Positions 19,424 through 29,398 of a DNA stretch of 41,378 nt are shown piece by piece. The notes below the pieces were generated by a model that saw only the letters and a program-made list of their open reading frames with translations, was not told where the DNA came from and ran no database searches. Numbering within the stretch: position 1 is the first letter of the stretch; the number at the start of each line of letters is the position of its first letter. The stretch lies in sequence record DRR723986_6735. The stretch is one strand, 5' to 3'. A program made the translations under genes and the position numbers.

Positions 19424-20350
19424 TCAGGCGGCTGCCCGGCGATACTCGCTGGGTGTGAGCCCGAATTTTCCGGCGAATGCCCGGGTAAAGGCAGCTTGGG
19501 ATTGGTAGCCAATTTCCGAGGAAACCTGTTGCACGCTGCGCCGCTTGTCTTCCAGCAAGGCCAGCGCCCGCTGCAGCCGCCAGTTTGACAGATAGGCCAT
19601 TGGGGCAATGCCGAGGAGATCGCTGAACCGCTCAGCGAACCGGCTGCGCGACATGCCAACATCCCTGGCAAGCCGCTCCACCGTCCAGCTCTCACCGGGA
19701 CGCGCATGAATGAGTTCCAGCGACTTTCCGATATGGGGATCACGGAACGCCTCCAGGATGCGGTCCAGATTGGACCCATCGCCGAAGCCTGCCCGGATCA
19801 GTTCGATAAAGGCGATTTCCGACAGCCGGGTGACTGAAGCGGACGATCCGAACGGATCCCTGAAGATACGCTGTGCGATCAGGCGCAGCACCTCGTCCAG
19901 CCAGGGCGACCTGGCCCTGGCCGAACCGGAAAGGAACATGTGATCCGGAAGGGCCGAGAGCAGCGGGTGCTCCGCCCCTGCCCGCAGGGAGAAATGGCCA
20001 CACACCATCTGCGTGGATGCTTCCTTGTTCCCCTCACCCAGAACCAGAACCCCCCGATTGTCATAATCGGCATCCTGAAGGACCTGTTCGAGAGACGGCG
20101 CTTCGGCAACGGGTTTGCCCGAAAGAATGTGGCTGCGCCCGCGCGGGATCAGCACCAGATCGCCCGGACCCAGCACAATCGTCTGACCGGATTCGAACCG
20201 GACGTGGCATTCACCCTGTACCACAAGGTGGAACCGCGCGGCCCCGTCCAGGTCCGGCACGGTGACACTCCAGTCCGAATTGAAATCAGTCCGGAAATAC
20301 ATCACGCCCTTAAGGGCAAGCGTGTCGAGGATTTCATCAAGCAGGTCCAT
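19424..20350 (-). CDS. AraC family transcriptional regulator with Cupin_6 (RclR-like) N-terminus
   Basis: MDLLDEIL..L, FHLV.QG.C, GDLVL.PRG..H, VCG; C-terminal WTVE.LA..VGMSRS.FA.RF...GY.S.AAF.RAF. Confidence 0.93.
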   Translation of the reverse strand: MDLLDEILDTLALKGVMYFRTDFNSDWSVTVPDLDGAARFHLVVQGECHVRFESGQTIVLGPGDLVLIPRGRSHILSGKPVAEAPSLEQVLQDADYDNRGVLVLGEGNKEASTQMVCGHFSLRAGAEHPLLSALPDHMFLSGSARARSPWLDEVLRLIAQRIFRDPFGSSASVTRLSEIAFIELIRAGFGDGSNLDRILEAFRDPHIGKSLELIHARPGESWTVERLARDVGMSRSRFAERFSDLLGIAPMAYLSNWRLQRALALLEDKRRSVQQVSSEIGYQSQAAFTRAFAGKFGLTPSEYRRAAA

Positions 20351-20488
20351 GACGAAGACCTAGACATGGCTCGTCTCCCCGATTCCAATCACATGCCGGG
20401 CACCGCCACACACAAATGCGCGAGTATCCCCCTTCCCGAAGACGGCCAAGCAGGCCTATGCTGGTCCCCATAACGGGAGGACTGATCG

Positions 20489-20881
20489 ATGACATCCATG
20501 CAAGCGGCCGTGCTTTATGCCGGTTTATTCTGCCTGTTCATGCTGATGCTGAAGGCGAATGTCGGGCGGGTGCGCACCAAGCACAAGGTCGGCTTCGGCG
20601 ACGGCGGCAATGAAGCGATGCAGCGCAGCCTGCGCGTTCAGGGCAATGCGGTGGAGGATGTGCCGGTCGTGCTGCTCGGCCTGATCGGGCTCGGCGCGCT
20701 GTCGGCCCCGGTCCTGCTGATCCATGGCCTTGGCGCAAGTTTCCTGATCGGACGGATCCTGCACGCCATCGGGCTTGGCGGCTCATCCGGCGGCAGCCCG
20801 GGCCGCATGTACGGCACACTGATCACGCTGATCGTTATGCTGGTCACGACCGGCGCCTGTATCTGGTACGCGCTGACTTAA
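20489..20881 (+). CDS. MAPEG family membrane protein (glutathione metabolism, YecN-like)
   Basis: V...R....VGFGDGG, R.QGN..E..P, GRILHA.G; GGAGG RBS. Confidence 0.9.
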   Translation: MTSMQAAVLYAGLFCLFMLMLKANVGRVRTKHKVGFGDGGNEAMQRSLRVQGNAVEDVPVVLLGLIGLGALSAPVLLIHGLGASFLIGRILHAIGLGGSSGGSPGRMYGTLITLIVMLVTTGACIWYALT

Positions 20882-21369
20882 GGCGCAGTGACCAGACCGG
20901 ACAGTTTGCTGGCATCGCCGGCGAGGTCCTTCACCATGACGCGCGCCTGATCCTGCGGGCCTGGGAAGCTCAGCTGATTCTTCGGTGTCACGGTGAAGCC
21001 GATCTCGCCGAAATAGGACGGCGCACCGATCAGGATGGCGGCGGGCCAGCCGGCGGCCTTGCCGGCCTCCAGCGCCTCGCCTGTCACGGTCAGACCCAAT
21101 CGGCTGCCCCGGTGAGACGGAGCCACGGCGACAGGCCCGTAGAACAAGGCCCTGTCCCGGTTCGGTCCGACGATCAGAGGCCAGACGCGGCAAACCGCGA
21201 TCACCTGCCCGTCCAGTATGGCGACGCGGTTAATCTGGGGCAGCGAGTGCGAGTATTCGCGCAGCCGCTCCGCCGTCTTGGCAAAGTGGCCGGGACCGAA
21301 GGTGCGATCGAAGAGGTCTTCGATCGCTTCGGCGTGCAGGTCTGGGATTTCGGGCACAATCTGAAGCAT
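20878..21369 (-). CDS. GNAT family N-acetyltransferase (YhbS-like)
   Basis: FGPG.FAKTA.RLRE, GPVAV.P..RG..LG, G...YF..IGF. Confidence 0.88.
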   Translation of the reverse strand: MLQIVPEIPDLHAEAIEDLFDRTFGPGHFAKTAERLREYSHSLPQINRVAILDGQVIAVCRVWPLIVGPNRDRALFYGPVAVAPSHRGSRLGLTVTGEALEAGKAAGWPAAILIGAPSYFGEIGFTVTPKNQLSFPGPQDQARVMVKDLAGDASKLSGLVTAP

Positions 21370-21429
21370 GAGGCGCGCCTTTAGGGCGGTGTGCTTCGTG
21401 GATCAATGGGGTATTTGCGCCCGCCGCGT

Positions 21430-22080
21430 CTAATATTTCACGGAACAACCATAAGGCTTGGTTGTGTTGACGGCGACCGGTTCCCCGGCAGCAAGGCTGG
21501 TCAGTGCCTCACGGACATAATTGGTCGCAGAATTGATGTCCGCCACATTGGCCGATGCAACGGAGTCGATCGCGCCCTGATAGGCAACCTGACCATTCGG
21601 TCCGATGATGAACATGTGCGGCGTCGTCTTCGCCTGATAGAGCCGGCCGAGTGAGCCGTCAGGGTCCAGCAACACATGCGCCGGTGTCGCGCCATGCTCC
21701 TCAGTCCACTGATTGGCGGCGGCGCCTTCCACATAGCCCTGCTTGCCGGGCGCCGAAGAGATCACCGTCAGCCAGACCGTCTCGTCAGCTTTGGCGTCGG
21801 CCTGCAGGCCCTGCATGTTGCCGGGCGGCTGGGCATAATGCTTGCGCACAAAGGGGCAGCCTTCATTGGTCCATTCCAGCACGACAGTCCGGCCTGCGAA
21901 ATCGGAGAGAGAAACCTGCTCCCCATTGGAATCTGTCGCGACAAACGCAGGCGCCGGGCGCCCGACCGGGAGACCTGAATCCGCGCGCGCTGTCGATGCG
22001 ATCAGCGCACCGGCCGTCAGCGCGACCGCGGCCGCCATGCCGGCTGCAAGCGAGAGGTTTCGCCGATTGATCGTGATCAT
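21430..22080 (-). CDS. Exported peroxiredoxin-like redoxin (AhpC/TSA fold; PrxL-like)
   Basis: Tat-like NRRNL signal; G.PAP.F, VVLEWTN.GCPFV.KHY, A.TTPHMFII, Y.GAID, PYGCSVKY. Confidence 0.88.
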   Translation of the reverse strand: MITINRRNLSLAAGMAAAVALTAGALIASTARADSGLPVGRPAPAFVATDSNGEQVSLSDFAGRTVVLEWTNEGCPFVRKHYAQPPGNMQGLQADAKADETVWLTVISSAPGKQGYVEGAAANQWTEEHGATPAHVLLDPDGSLGRLYQAKTTPHMFIIGPNGQVAYQGAIDSVASANVADINSATNYVREALTSLAAGEPVAVNTTKPYGCSVKY

Positions 22081-22112
22081 CCGTCTCTTTCTTCCCTCAT
22101 GTCCCGTCTGTA

Positions 22113-24200
22113 TCAGGGATTGACCGGCAGGCTGGTGACAAGCCTCTGATTGAGGATTTCCGGCAGGACCTGCGGTTCATCCGAACCGGCAGGATACCAC
22201 AGATACATGGGAACGCCTGCGCGCTGATGCCGCGCCAGTTCGGCGGCAATGGCCGGATCCTTGCGGGTAAAATCCGCCACCAGGAAGGCAACATCATTGG
22301 CAGAAAAGAAGTCATGCACTGCCTTGGATTTCAGCGTGGTTGCCTTGTTGACCTGACAGGTCGCGCACCAGCTGGCAGTGAAATCGATGAAGATCGGCCG
22401 GCCTTCGGCGATCAGCGACTGGACCTGGCTGGCGCTCCATGGCTCGGCTTCGTATTTGGCGGCATAGGCGGACGACGCACCAATGGCAGGTGCTGGCGCC
22501 ATGGCGCGTTCCGTGACACCGAACAGGGTAAGCGCCAGGGTCACGGCCGCAAGAATGCGTGGCAGGCGCGCCTCGCGTTGCCACAGCCAGGCGGCAAAAG
22601 CGATGGCGACAGCACCGGTCGCCGTCCAGGCTACGGCACCGGACCCGGCCAGATCACCCAGCACTTTCGCCAACCACGCAGCGGTCAGGAACATGGGGAA
22701 CGCGAAGAACTGCTTCAGCGTGTCCATCCACTTTCCGGGCCGCGGCAACAGCTTGTACAGGTTCGGCACAAAGCTCAGAACAAGGAAGGGCAGCGCCAGG
22801 CCAAAGCCCATAGCCAGGAAGAAGATGAACACAACCGGTGCAGAATGCCCCATCACGGCGCCTAGCGCCGCACCAAGGAACGGCCCGACACATGGTGAGC
22901 CAACGACCGCTGCCAGGACGCCTGTAAAGAACGCACCCGCATCCCCGTCCCGATCGGCGAGACCAGACCCAAGGTTCTGCAGCGATGTGCCAAGTTCAAA
23001 CATGCCCATCAGCCACAGGCCGACGGCAAACATGACAAGGGCAAGGATGGCCACAACCGGCGCGTTCTGCAGCTGGAAGCCCAGCGTGATCGGCCCCGTT
23101 GCGGCCCGCAGGGCAACAATGATCGCCGCCAGCGCACCAAAGGAGACGAGCACACCCGCCGTGTACCAGATGCCATGGCGGCGCACTTCCCCGGCATGGC
23201 CACTGGAAACCGCCGACACCATGCCGAACGCCTTCATCGACAAGACCGGCAACACGCAAGGCATCAGGTTCAGGATCAGGCCGCCCAGAATGGCCAGCAG
23301 GATCAGCTTCCACGCGGCGACCTGGACTCCTACGCCCCCCACAGGGCCAAGGCCGGAAGTGTCGGGCAAAAGCGAGCCTTCCACTGCACTGATCTCATAG
23401 CCGGTACGGGTGCCGTCCTCCTGTTCGATCACGACCACGCCGTCGAGCGGCCTCGAGACATCTGTCATGTCTGCCGCGTTCAGCGACACAGTCGCGCCAT
23501 GGCGGCCGAGTTCAACAGGCTGAGCGGCTGGGTGAAGGATATCGTGACCAAACGGGAAGAACCGGATGGAGCGGACCTTGCCGAAACCGCCATCGAGACG
23601 AAGGCTGAGCGACCAGTTGAGGTCCTTCTTCAGGACCCGCGCGTCTCCCGGGAACGGAACGTGGCTTTTGGCAATCCATTTTCCGATCAGTTCGCCATTT
23701 CGGATGTTGGCCTCAGCCTGATCGGTCTCGAGCTTCAGTTTCACACGCGCCTGTTCCGGCACGCAGGTATCTTCACAGATCAGGTAATCGGCCACGACAT
23801 CCAGCGTCACCGGCCCCATCGCATCTTCCGGAATGGTGATCGGGAAAGGAAACACGACCTGATGATTATAGCCATAGTCCATGATCTCCCCTTCCACGAC
23901 GGGAAGAAGATGCGGCAGCGGCCAGACGATATCGCCGATTGCGCCGGCTTTGATGTCACTGCCCGGCTGGGCGATGACCTGAGGCGGCAGGCCAGCATCC
24001 CCGGCATTCAGCCAGTAGACATGCCAGCCCTCGTCGAGATCCATTTTCAGCGCGGCATAGACGGTCTCCCCTGGCAGGGCGGCGTCGCGCTCCGAGATCA
24101 GCTCTACCCGCGCATGGCCTGCATCCACCGGCGCAGCGGCAGCCGGCAGGAAGACGAAGACGGCGCCGAACAGGGCGGCAAGGCAGGCGGAAAACTTCAT
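22113..24200 (-). CDS. dsbD: DsbD/ScsB family thiol:disulfide interchange membrane protein
   Basis: N-terminal GWHVYW.N.GDAG and CxxxC (CEDTC); TM domain with LNLMPCVLPVL and SPCVGP; C-terminal thioredoxin domain WCATC. Confidence 0.92.
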   Translation of the reverse strand: MKFSACLAALFGAVFVFLPAAAAPVDAGHARVELISERDAALPGETVYAALKMDLDEGWHVYWLNAGDAGLPPQVIAQPGSDIKAGAIGDIVWPLPHLLPVVEGEIMDYGYNHQVVFPFPITIPEDAMGPVTLDVVADYLICEDTCVPEQARVKLKLETDQAEANIRNGELIGKWIAKSHVPFPGDARVLKKDLNWSLSLRLDGGFGKVRSIRFFPFGHDILHPAAQPVELGRHGATVSLNAADMTDVSRPLDGVVVIEQEDGTRTGYEISAVEGSLLPDTSGLGPVGGVGVQVAAWKLILLAILGGLILNLMPCVLPVLSMKAFGMVSAVSSGHAGEVRRHGIWYTAGVLVSFGALAAIIVALRAATGPITLGFQLQNAPVVAILALVMFAVGLWLMGMFELGTSLQNLGSGLADRDGDAGAFFTGVLAAVVGSPCVGPFLGAALGAVMGHSAPVVFIFFLAMGFGLALPFLVLSFVPNLYKLLPRPGKWMDTLKQFFAFPMFLTAAWLAKVLGDLAGSGAVAWTATGAVAIAFAAWLWQREARLPRILAAVTLALTLFGVTERAMAPAPAIGASSAYAAKYEAEPWSASQVQSLIAEGRPIFIDFTASWCATCQVNKATTLKSKAVHDFFSANDVAFLVADFTRKDPAIAAELARHQRAGVPMYLWYPAGSDEPQVLPEILNQRLVTSLPVNP

Positions 24201-24314
24201 TGAGCAGATCCGTTTTCTTGGAGTTGCGGCCCATATGCCCGCAAACAGGCCCCTACAGAAGGGCCTCGCGGAAGCGTGATGGCAAATGTGTCAGCCCGAC
24301 GCACCTGCCCTGCA

Positions 24315-24344
24315 AGAAAAAAGGCGGCCCCGAGAGGCCGCCTT
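24315..24344 (-). terminator. Rho-independent terminator of sapC
   Basis: AAGGCGGCC-N6-GGCCGCCTT stem followed by a U-tract on the minus strand. Confidence 0.8.
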
Positions 24345-24369
24345 CATTCTGTAGCTTACAGGCCTGCAA

Positions 24370-25170
24370 TCAGGCGTTGGCAGGCTGCGGGTTCGGGGAC
24401 ACCGGGATCCGCATCGCGCGCTGGATGACGCGTTGCCAGTTCAGCAGCGAAACCATGTGCGCGTAAATTGCGCCGATGGCGCCATTGGCTTTCAGTTCCA
24501 GGAATTTCTCATTCGGAAGCGCATTGAAGCGTTCTTCGGAGATCGCCCAGTAGTCGGCAATTTTCTGCGGCGGGCCGGCTTCCGTGCCGTCCGGATTGCG
24601 CGGCTGGAAGGTGACGGTCTTCTGCTCGAACAGGTCAAGGTCACGGATCATCTTGACGAAATCCGTTGTCGCGCGGCGCTGACGCTCGAACTCCTTGCAG
24701 AACTCTATTGCATCATTGGTGAACTTGCTCGGCTGGCCATTCTCGAAGAACGCCACTTCCGGCTGGTTGGTGACCATCGGTGCCTGACGGTCGACGCACA
24801 GGACCAGACGGTCGGAGTTGTCATCCGCAGCGAAAACGAACGGGTAGCGGCGGGCGAAAGCCGGCACGTAATAGTCTTCAATCACGCGGCCATCAGCACC
24901 GACGTAAAGGTTCTGGCCCTGACGGATACCCATGACGGCAACCGGGGTCCGGTCATCGCCGACGAAAATCACCGGGTACGAGCTGGCGCAGAGGCCGAAT
25001 TCTGTCACCGTTACCGGAATAGCGTGCGCTTCGCGCATGAATCCGAACGGCTGGTCGATCTGCTTCACGCCGAGACCGGCATGATCTTCCAGAGACAGCG
25101 GCTGCGGCTGCTTGTAAAAAAGGACCTGGCCAGTAAGGGCCTGTGGGCCTGCTGCAGGAGGCGTGTTCAC
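24370..25170 (-). CDS. SapC family protein
   Basis: LFY..P.PL....H, P.TV.EF......YPV.F, Y.PAF.RRYPF, IYAH..SL; GTG start with GGAGAG RBS. Confidence 0.9.
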   Translation of the reverse strand: MNTPPAAGPQALTGQVLFYKQPQPLSLEDHAGLGVKQIDQPFGFMREAHAIPVTVTEFGLCASSYPVIFVGDDRTPVAVMGIRQGQNLYVGADGRVIEDYYVPAFARRYPFVFAADDNSDRLVLCVDRQAPMVTNQPEVAFFENGQPSKFTNDAIEFCKEFERQRRATTDFVKMIRDLDLFEQKTVTFQPRNPDGTEAGPPQKIADYWAISEERFNALPNEKFLELKANGAIGAIYAHMVSLLNWQRVIQRAMRIPVSPNPQPANA

Positions 25171-25280
25171 GTGTGTCTCTCCGATCTGAGATAATTGGGC
25201 GTTTGCCTACCGGAAATAAACACTGGCTACAACACCCGAACCAGCCTGAAATGCAGTGATCACGAGGTGAAGAAACCGTC

Positions 25281-27161
25281 ATGAAATCCACGTCTGACAC
25301 GCGTTTTCTCATCCGCCGCCGCACCGTGCTGGCAGGCCTTGCTGCGGGTGCGTCGCTCGCCGCCTGCGGCCCGCAGGTCGATGATGCCGGCACGCCCCGG
25401 CGGATTGCGCGCGAGGTGGATCAGACCCTGCAGTCCATCGCCATGACGGAACTGGCCGCCGATCCGGAACTGGCCACGCGGCTGGGTCTGACCGAAAGTG
25501 CCGTTGGCTATCCTTTCAATCGATATCTGACAGACCGCTCCCAGGCCGCCTATGAACGCCGCCGGGTCAGCCGGCTGGAAATCCTCGAAGCACTTGCCGC
25601 GACCCCCCGCCCCGCCGAGGGCAGTCCGCAGGCCCGCCACCTGGACACGGTCATGGCGGCGTACGAGACGGCTGAAACCCTGTTCGTGTCCGGGCATGGG
25701 CAGACCGGGCTCGGTGTCTCCTACCCCTATGTCATGGACCACATGCGCGGCGCCTATATTGATGTACCAGACCTGCTCAGCCGGGCCCACCCGGTTCGTA
25801 GCGCGGCCGGAGCGCGGGCCTATGTCGACCGCCTCGCCCAGTTTGCCGATGCGATGGAAGATGAACGCCGGCGCCTCGAAGCCGATGCGAAATCCGGCAT
25901 CCTGCCACCGGATTTCATCCTCGCCCGCATGAAAGACGTTGCCCTCAAATTCGCAGAAGGGCCGACCGAGACGCACGTGCTGATCACGACACTGGAAAGC
26001 CAGCTGGCGGGACCGGACGACCTCAGCCTCGAAGAGGCTGGGGACATTCTGGCACGCGCGAAACGCATTGTCGCAGGGGAAATCCAGCCGGCTTACCTGC
26101 ATCTCGCCGACGCGTTCACGGCGCTGCAGGCGAGCGCGCCGTCCCAGCCGGGCGTCTGGCAGCAGCCGGATGGCGATTCATATTACCAGGCCGCCCTGCA
26201 GGCCTACACCGATCAGGGCGCATCCGCCGAGGACCTGCATGCGCTGGGGCTCAGCGAAGTCGACCGTCTGACGGCAGAGCTGGAACTTGCCCTGTTCGAG
26301 GCGGGCCTGACCGAAGGCAGCGCGGCGGAGCGATTGACGCTGCTCGCCGCGGAACCCGGGCAAATCTTCGAAGCAACACCGGAGGGCCACGCCGCCCTGC
26401 TGGCGCTGATGCAGACCTATCTCGACAAGGCTGAAGCCGCCCTGCCCTCCATCGTATCGACTGTCCCGCGCACCAAAGTGGCCCTCCGCGCCGTGCCGGA
26501 ATTCCTGGAAGCGTCAGCCCCGTCAGCCTTCTATTCTGCCGCCCCGGCGAATGGGTCGGCCCCGGGCCTGTTCGAGATCAACCTGTCTGACATGACCGAC
26601 TGGCCGGCCTTCACGCTGGCAACGCTGGTGTTCCACGAGACGGTGCCAGGCCATCACCTCGAAAGCGCGCTGACGGCTGAGACAGCCCGCCTTCCCCTGA
26701 TCCGGCAGATGATCTGGAACGTCGCCTATGGCGAGGGCTGGGGCGTTTACGCCGAGACTTTGGCGGACGATATCGGACTATACCATGACGATCCGCTGGC
26801 CAGGATTGGCTACCTCCAGTCCTTGTTGTTCCGGGCCGCACGCCTCGTGGCCGATACCGGCATTCACAGCATGCACTGGACCCGGCAGGAGGCGATCGAC
26901 TATCTCGTTTCCATCACCGGACAGCCCGAAGGCCCGATGGCGCAGGAAGTCGACCGGTACACGGTCTGGCCCGGACAAGCGGCGGCCTACTGGATCGGGC
27001 GCAAGCGGATGCTGGACTTGCGCGAACGCGCCGAGCGCGTGCTGGGCCCTGATTTCGACTTTGTGGAGTTCCACGACACGGTGCTCACCGGAGGCCCGCG
27101 CCCGCTCTCCCTCCTCGAACAGGATATCGAGCGCTGGTACACTGCGAAGATCCGGGACTGA
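25281..27161 (+). CDS. DUF885 family lipoprotein (metallopeptidase-like), Tat-exported
   Basis: RRRTVL Tat motif plus LAAC lipobox; HETVPGHH, EGWG.YAE, RA.RLV.DTG.H, EVDRY..WPGQA..Y, FHD.VL. Confidence 0.92.
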   Translation: MKSTSDTRFLIRRRTVLAGLAAGASLAACGPQVDDAGTPRRIAREVDQTLQSIAMTELAADPELATRLGLTESAVGYPFNRYLTDRSQAAYERRRVSRLEILEALAATPRPAEGSPQARHLDTVMAAYETAETLFVSGHGQTGLGVSYPYVMDHMRGAYIDVPDLLSRAHPVRSAAGARAYVDRLAQFADAMEDERRRLEADAKSGILPPDFILARMKDVALKFAEGPTETHVLITTLESQLAGPDDLSLEEAGDILARAKRIVAGEIQPAYLHLADAFTALQASAPSQPGVWQQPDGDSYYQAALQAYTDQGASAEDLHALGLSEVDRLTAELELALFEAGLTEGSAAERLTLLAAEPGQIFEATPEGHAALLALMQTYLDKAEAALPSIVSTVPRTKVALRAVPEFLEASAPSAFYSAAPANGSAPGLFEINLSDMTDWPAFTLATLVFHETVPGHHLESALTAETARLPLIRQMIWNVAYGEGWGVYAETLADDIGLYHDDPLARIGYLQSLLFRAARLVADTGIHSMHWTRQEAIDYLVSITGQPEGPMAQEVDRYTVWPGQAAAYWIGRKRMLDLRERAERVLGPDFDFVEFHDTVLTGGPRPLSLLEQDIERWYTAKIRD

Positions 27162-27277
27162 GCCTTATCTTCGCTCCAGTTTTTCCGGATTGGGCCCGAA
27201 TCGTCCCGCCGCCGCCCAATTCCCGCCATGTCCATCTTGCCATTCTGTCATGAACAGGACGCAGGTGGAGGACGATC

Positions 27278-28987
27278 ATGCGCAACAGGACAATCGGGTT
27301 TCTTCTGGCAGGAGCAGCAGCGGCTGCGCTACTGACAGGATGTGCAAGCGAAACAGGCGGCGGCAGCGACGAGATCGCGACTGAAATTGCGGCGCCACCT
27401 CCGCCCCCCGGTCCCCCGCCACTCCAAGCTGAAGCGCGAGCCCAGCAGAAGGTAACCGTCACGGGCGCCATGAGCGCAGGTGACTATGCCGCCGCCGCGC
27501 CGCCGCCCCCTATGATGATGGCCCCGGAACCGGAATTCCGCGACCAGTATGAAGACGTCGATCCGAACCCGGTGAAGCTGACCAGCGAAGAGCCGGTCTC
27601 CACCTTCTCCATCGATGTGGACACGGCCTCCTACGCCAATGTCCGCCGGTTCCTCAAAAGCGGTGTGCTGCCGCCGAAGGACGCCGTGCGGATTGAGGAG
27701 ATGGTCAATTATTTCGACTATACCTATCCGCAGCCGGAGGAAGGCGCCGACCCGTTCGCGACATACGTAACGCTCGCCCCCTCCCCCTTCGCGGAAGGCC
27801 GCCAGCTGATGCAGATCGGCATTCAGGGCCGTGACATTGACCGCGATGCCCGCCCGCCGGTGAACCTGACCCTGCTGGTCGATGTCTCCGGCTCCATGCA
27901 TTCGGAAGACAAGCTGCCGCTGGCCAAGCAGGCCCTGAAACTGATGCTGGACCAGATGGACCCGCAGGACACAATTTCCATCGCCGTCTATGCCGGGGCA
28001 GCGGGCGAAGTGCTGGCGCCGACGCCGGTCAGCGAGAAGCGCAAGATCTTCGCGGCGCTTGGAAACCTGCGCGCAGGCGGCTCGACCGCCGGCGGCGAAG
28101 GCCTGCGCCTGGCCTATTCGCTGGCCGAACAGGGCCTGAAGGAAGACGCGGTGAACCGCGTCATGCTGCTGACCGATGGCGACTTCAATGTCGGCATCAC
28201 AGACTCCGAACAGCTGGAAGACTTCATCTCCCGCAAGCGGGAGAGCGGCATCTATCTTTCCGTCCTCGGCTTCGGACGCGGCAATTACAATGACGCGCTG
28301 ATGCAGAAGCTCGCCCAGTCCGGCAATGGCACGGCAGCCTATGTCGACACGCTGAGTGAGGCCCGCAAAGTGCTGGCCGACGATCTCGGCGGCAACCTCT
28401 TCCCGATTGCCGATGACGTGAAGATCCAGGTCGAGTTCAACCCGGCCCGCATCGCGGAATACCGGCTGATCGGCTACGAAACGCGGATGCTCGACCGGGC
28501 AGACTTCAACAATGACAAGGTGGATGCCGGTGATATCGGCGCAGGTGCCAGCGTCACGGCGATCTATGACATCACGCCTGTCGGATCGGACGCGGCGCAG
28601 ATCGATCCGCTACGCTACGGTGACCAGCCCGCTGCGGGCGGTGACCCATCCGGCGAGTACGCCTTCGTGAAGCTGCGCTACAAGCCGCCGGGCGAGCCGG
28701 AGTCCATCCTGCTGACCCATGCCGTGACCGATGCCGACAAGGCAGACAGCCTGGCAGCAGCCCCGCAATGGGTGCGCTTCGCAACGGCCGTGGCCGGGTT
28801 CGGGGAAATGCTGCGCGGCGGTGAGGACCTCGGCGCAGGCTTTGGCTGGAAAGAAATCCGCGATCTGGCGGCAGGCGCCAAGGGCGAGGATGAATTCGGC
28901 TACCGCGCGGAATTCATCGAACTGACCCGTCTGGCGGAAACGGCTGAAGCGCAGGCGGCGTTGAACCGGCCTGCGCCTGAGCAATAA
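27278..28987 (+). CDS. VWA domain lipoprotein (YfbK / Ca-activated chloride channel homolog)
   Basis: LTGC lipobox; Pro-rich linker; PVSTFSIDVDTASY, MIDAS DVSGSM, LLTDGDFNVG, YRLIGYE.R.L...DFNND.VDAG. Confidence 0.93.
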   Translation: MRNRTIGFLLAGAAAAALLTGCASETGGGSDEIATEIAAPPPPPGPPPLQAEARAQQKVTVTGAMSAGDYAAAAPPPPMMMAPEPEFRDQYEDVDPNPVKLTSEEPVSTFSIDVDTASYANVRRFLKSGVLPPKDAVRIEEMVNYFDYTYPQPEEGADPFATYVTLAPSPFAEGRQLMQIGIQGRDIDRDARPPVNLTLLVDVSGSMHSEDKLPLAKQALKLMLDQMDPQDTISIAVYAGAAGEVLAPTPVSEKRKIFAALGNLRAGGSTAGGEGLRLAYSLAEQGLKEDAVNRVMLLTDGDFNVGITDSEQLEDFISRKRESGIYLSVLGFGRGNYNDALMQKLAQSGNGTAAYVDTLSEARKVLADDLGGNLFPIADDVKIQVEFNPARIAEYRLIGYETRMLDRADFNNDKVDAGDIGAGASVTAIYDITPVGSDAAQIDPLRYGDQPAAGGDPSGEYAFVKLRYKPPGEPESILLTHAVTDADKADSLAAAPQWVRFATAVAGFGEMLRGGEDLGAGFGWKEIRDLAAGAKGEDEFGYRAEFIELTRLAETAEAQAALNRPAPEQ

Positions 28988-29007
28988 GGGCCGGGCAGCA
29001 AGATGAA

Positions 29008-29373
29008 TCAGGCGGCGAGGTCTTCTGCGACGGGCGCCGCCTGCACGTCCTGCACGTCTCGCGGGTTGAGGCAGACCGGGCTGAAGCCTTCCTCAATATC
29101 GGCGACCATGCATTTGCGTTCACGGGCGTCGAATTCGAGGGCGAGGAACACGGCCGATGCGCCGTAACGTTCCGCCTCTGCCAGCGCCCAGATCGGCTGC
29201 AGGTCATGCGGCCGGCCGGTCAGCTCCATCACCCGGATGATGCGCCAGCCATAGGAGTCGGGGGCTGCGAAGATCACGGCGCCCGGGCTGCGGGCCCATG
29301 CGGCGTCCTTTGGAACACGCTGGAAGTCCCATGCCTTGCCAGAGCGTCCCCGAAAACTGACTGAGATGTTCAT
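29008..29373 (-). CDS. Small hypothetical protein under a LexA box; possibly a degenerate GIY-YIG-like fold
   Basis: Start at ATG 29373 (GGAG 7 nt upstream; alternative ATG 29379); 121 aa; F.G.SG...F...PG..IFA pattern. Confidence 0.75.
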   Translation of the reverse strand: MNISVSFRGRSGKAWDFQRVPKDAAWARSPGAVIFAAPDSYGWRIIRVMELTGRPHDLQPIWALAEAERYGASAVFLALEFDARERKCMVADIEEGFSPVCLNPRDVQDVQAAPVAEDLAA

Positions 29374-29398
29374 GTTCATGCTCCGTTCCAATAAGCAT

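Noticed and set aside
27390..27530. C-rich CCG repeats as a DNA repeat element
   Set aside because: They encode the poly-proline linkers of the VWA lipoprotein
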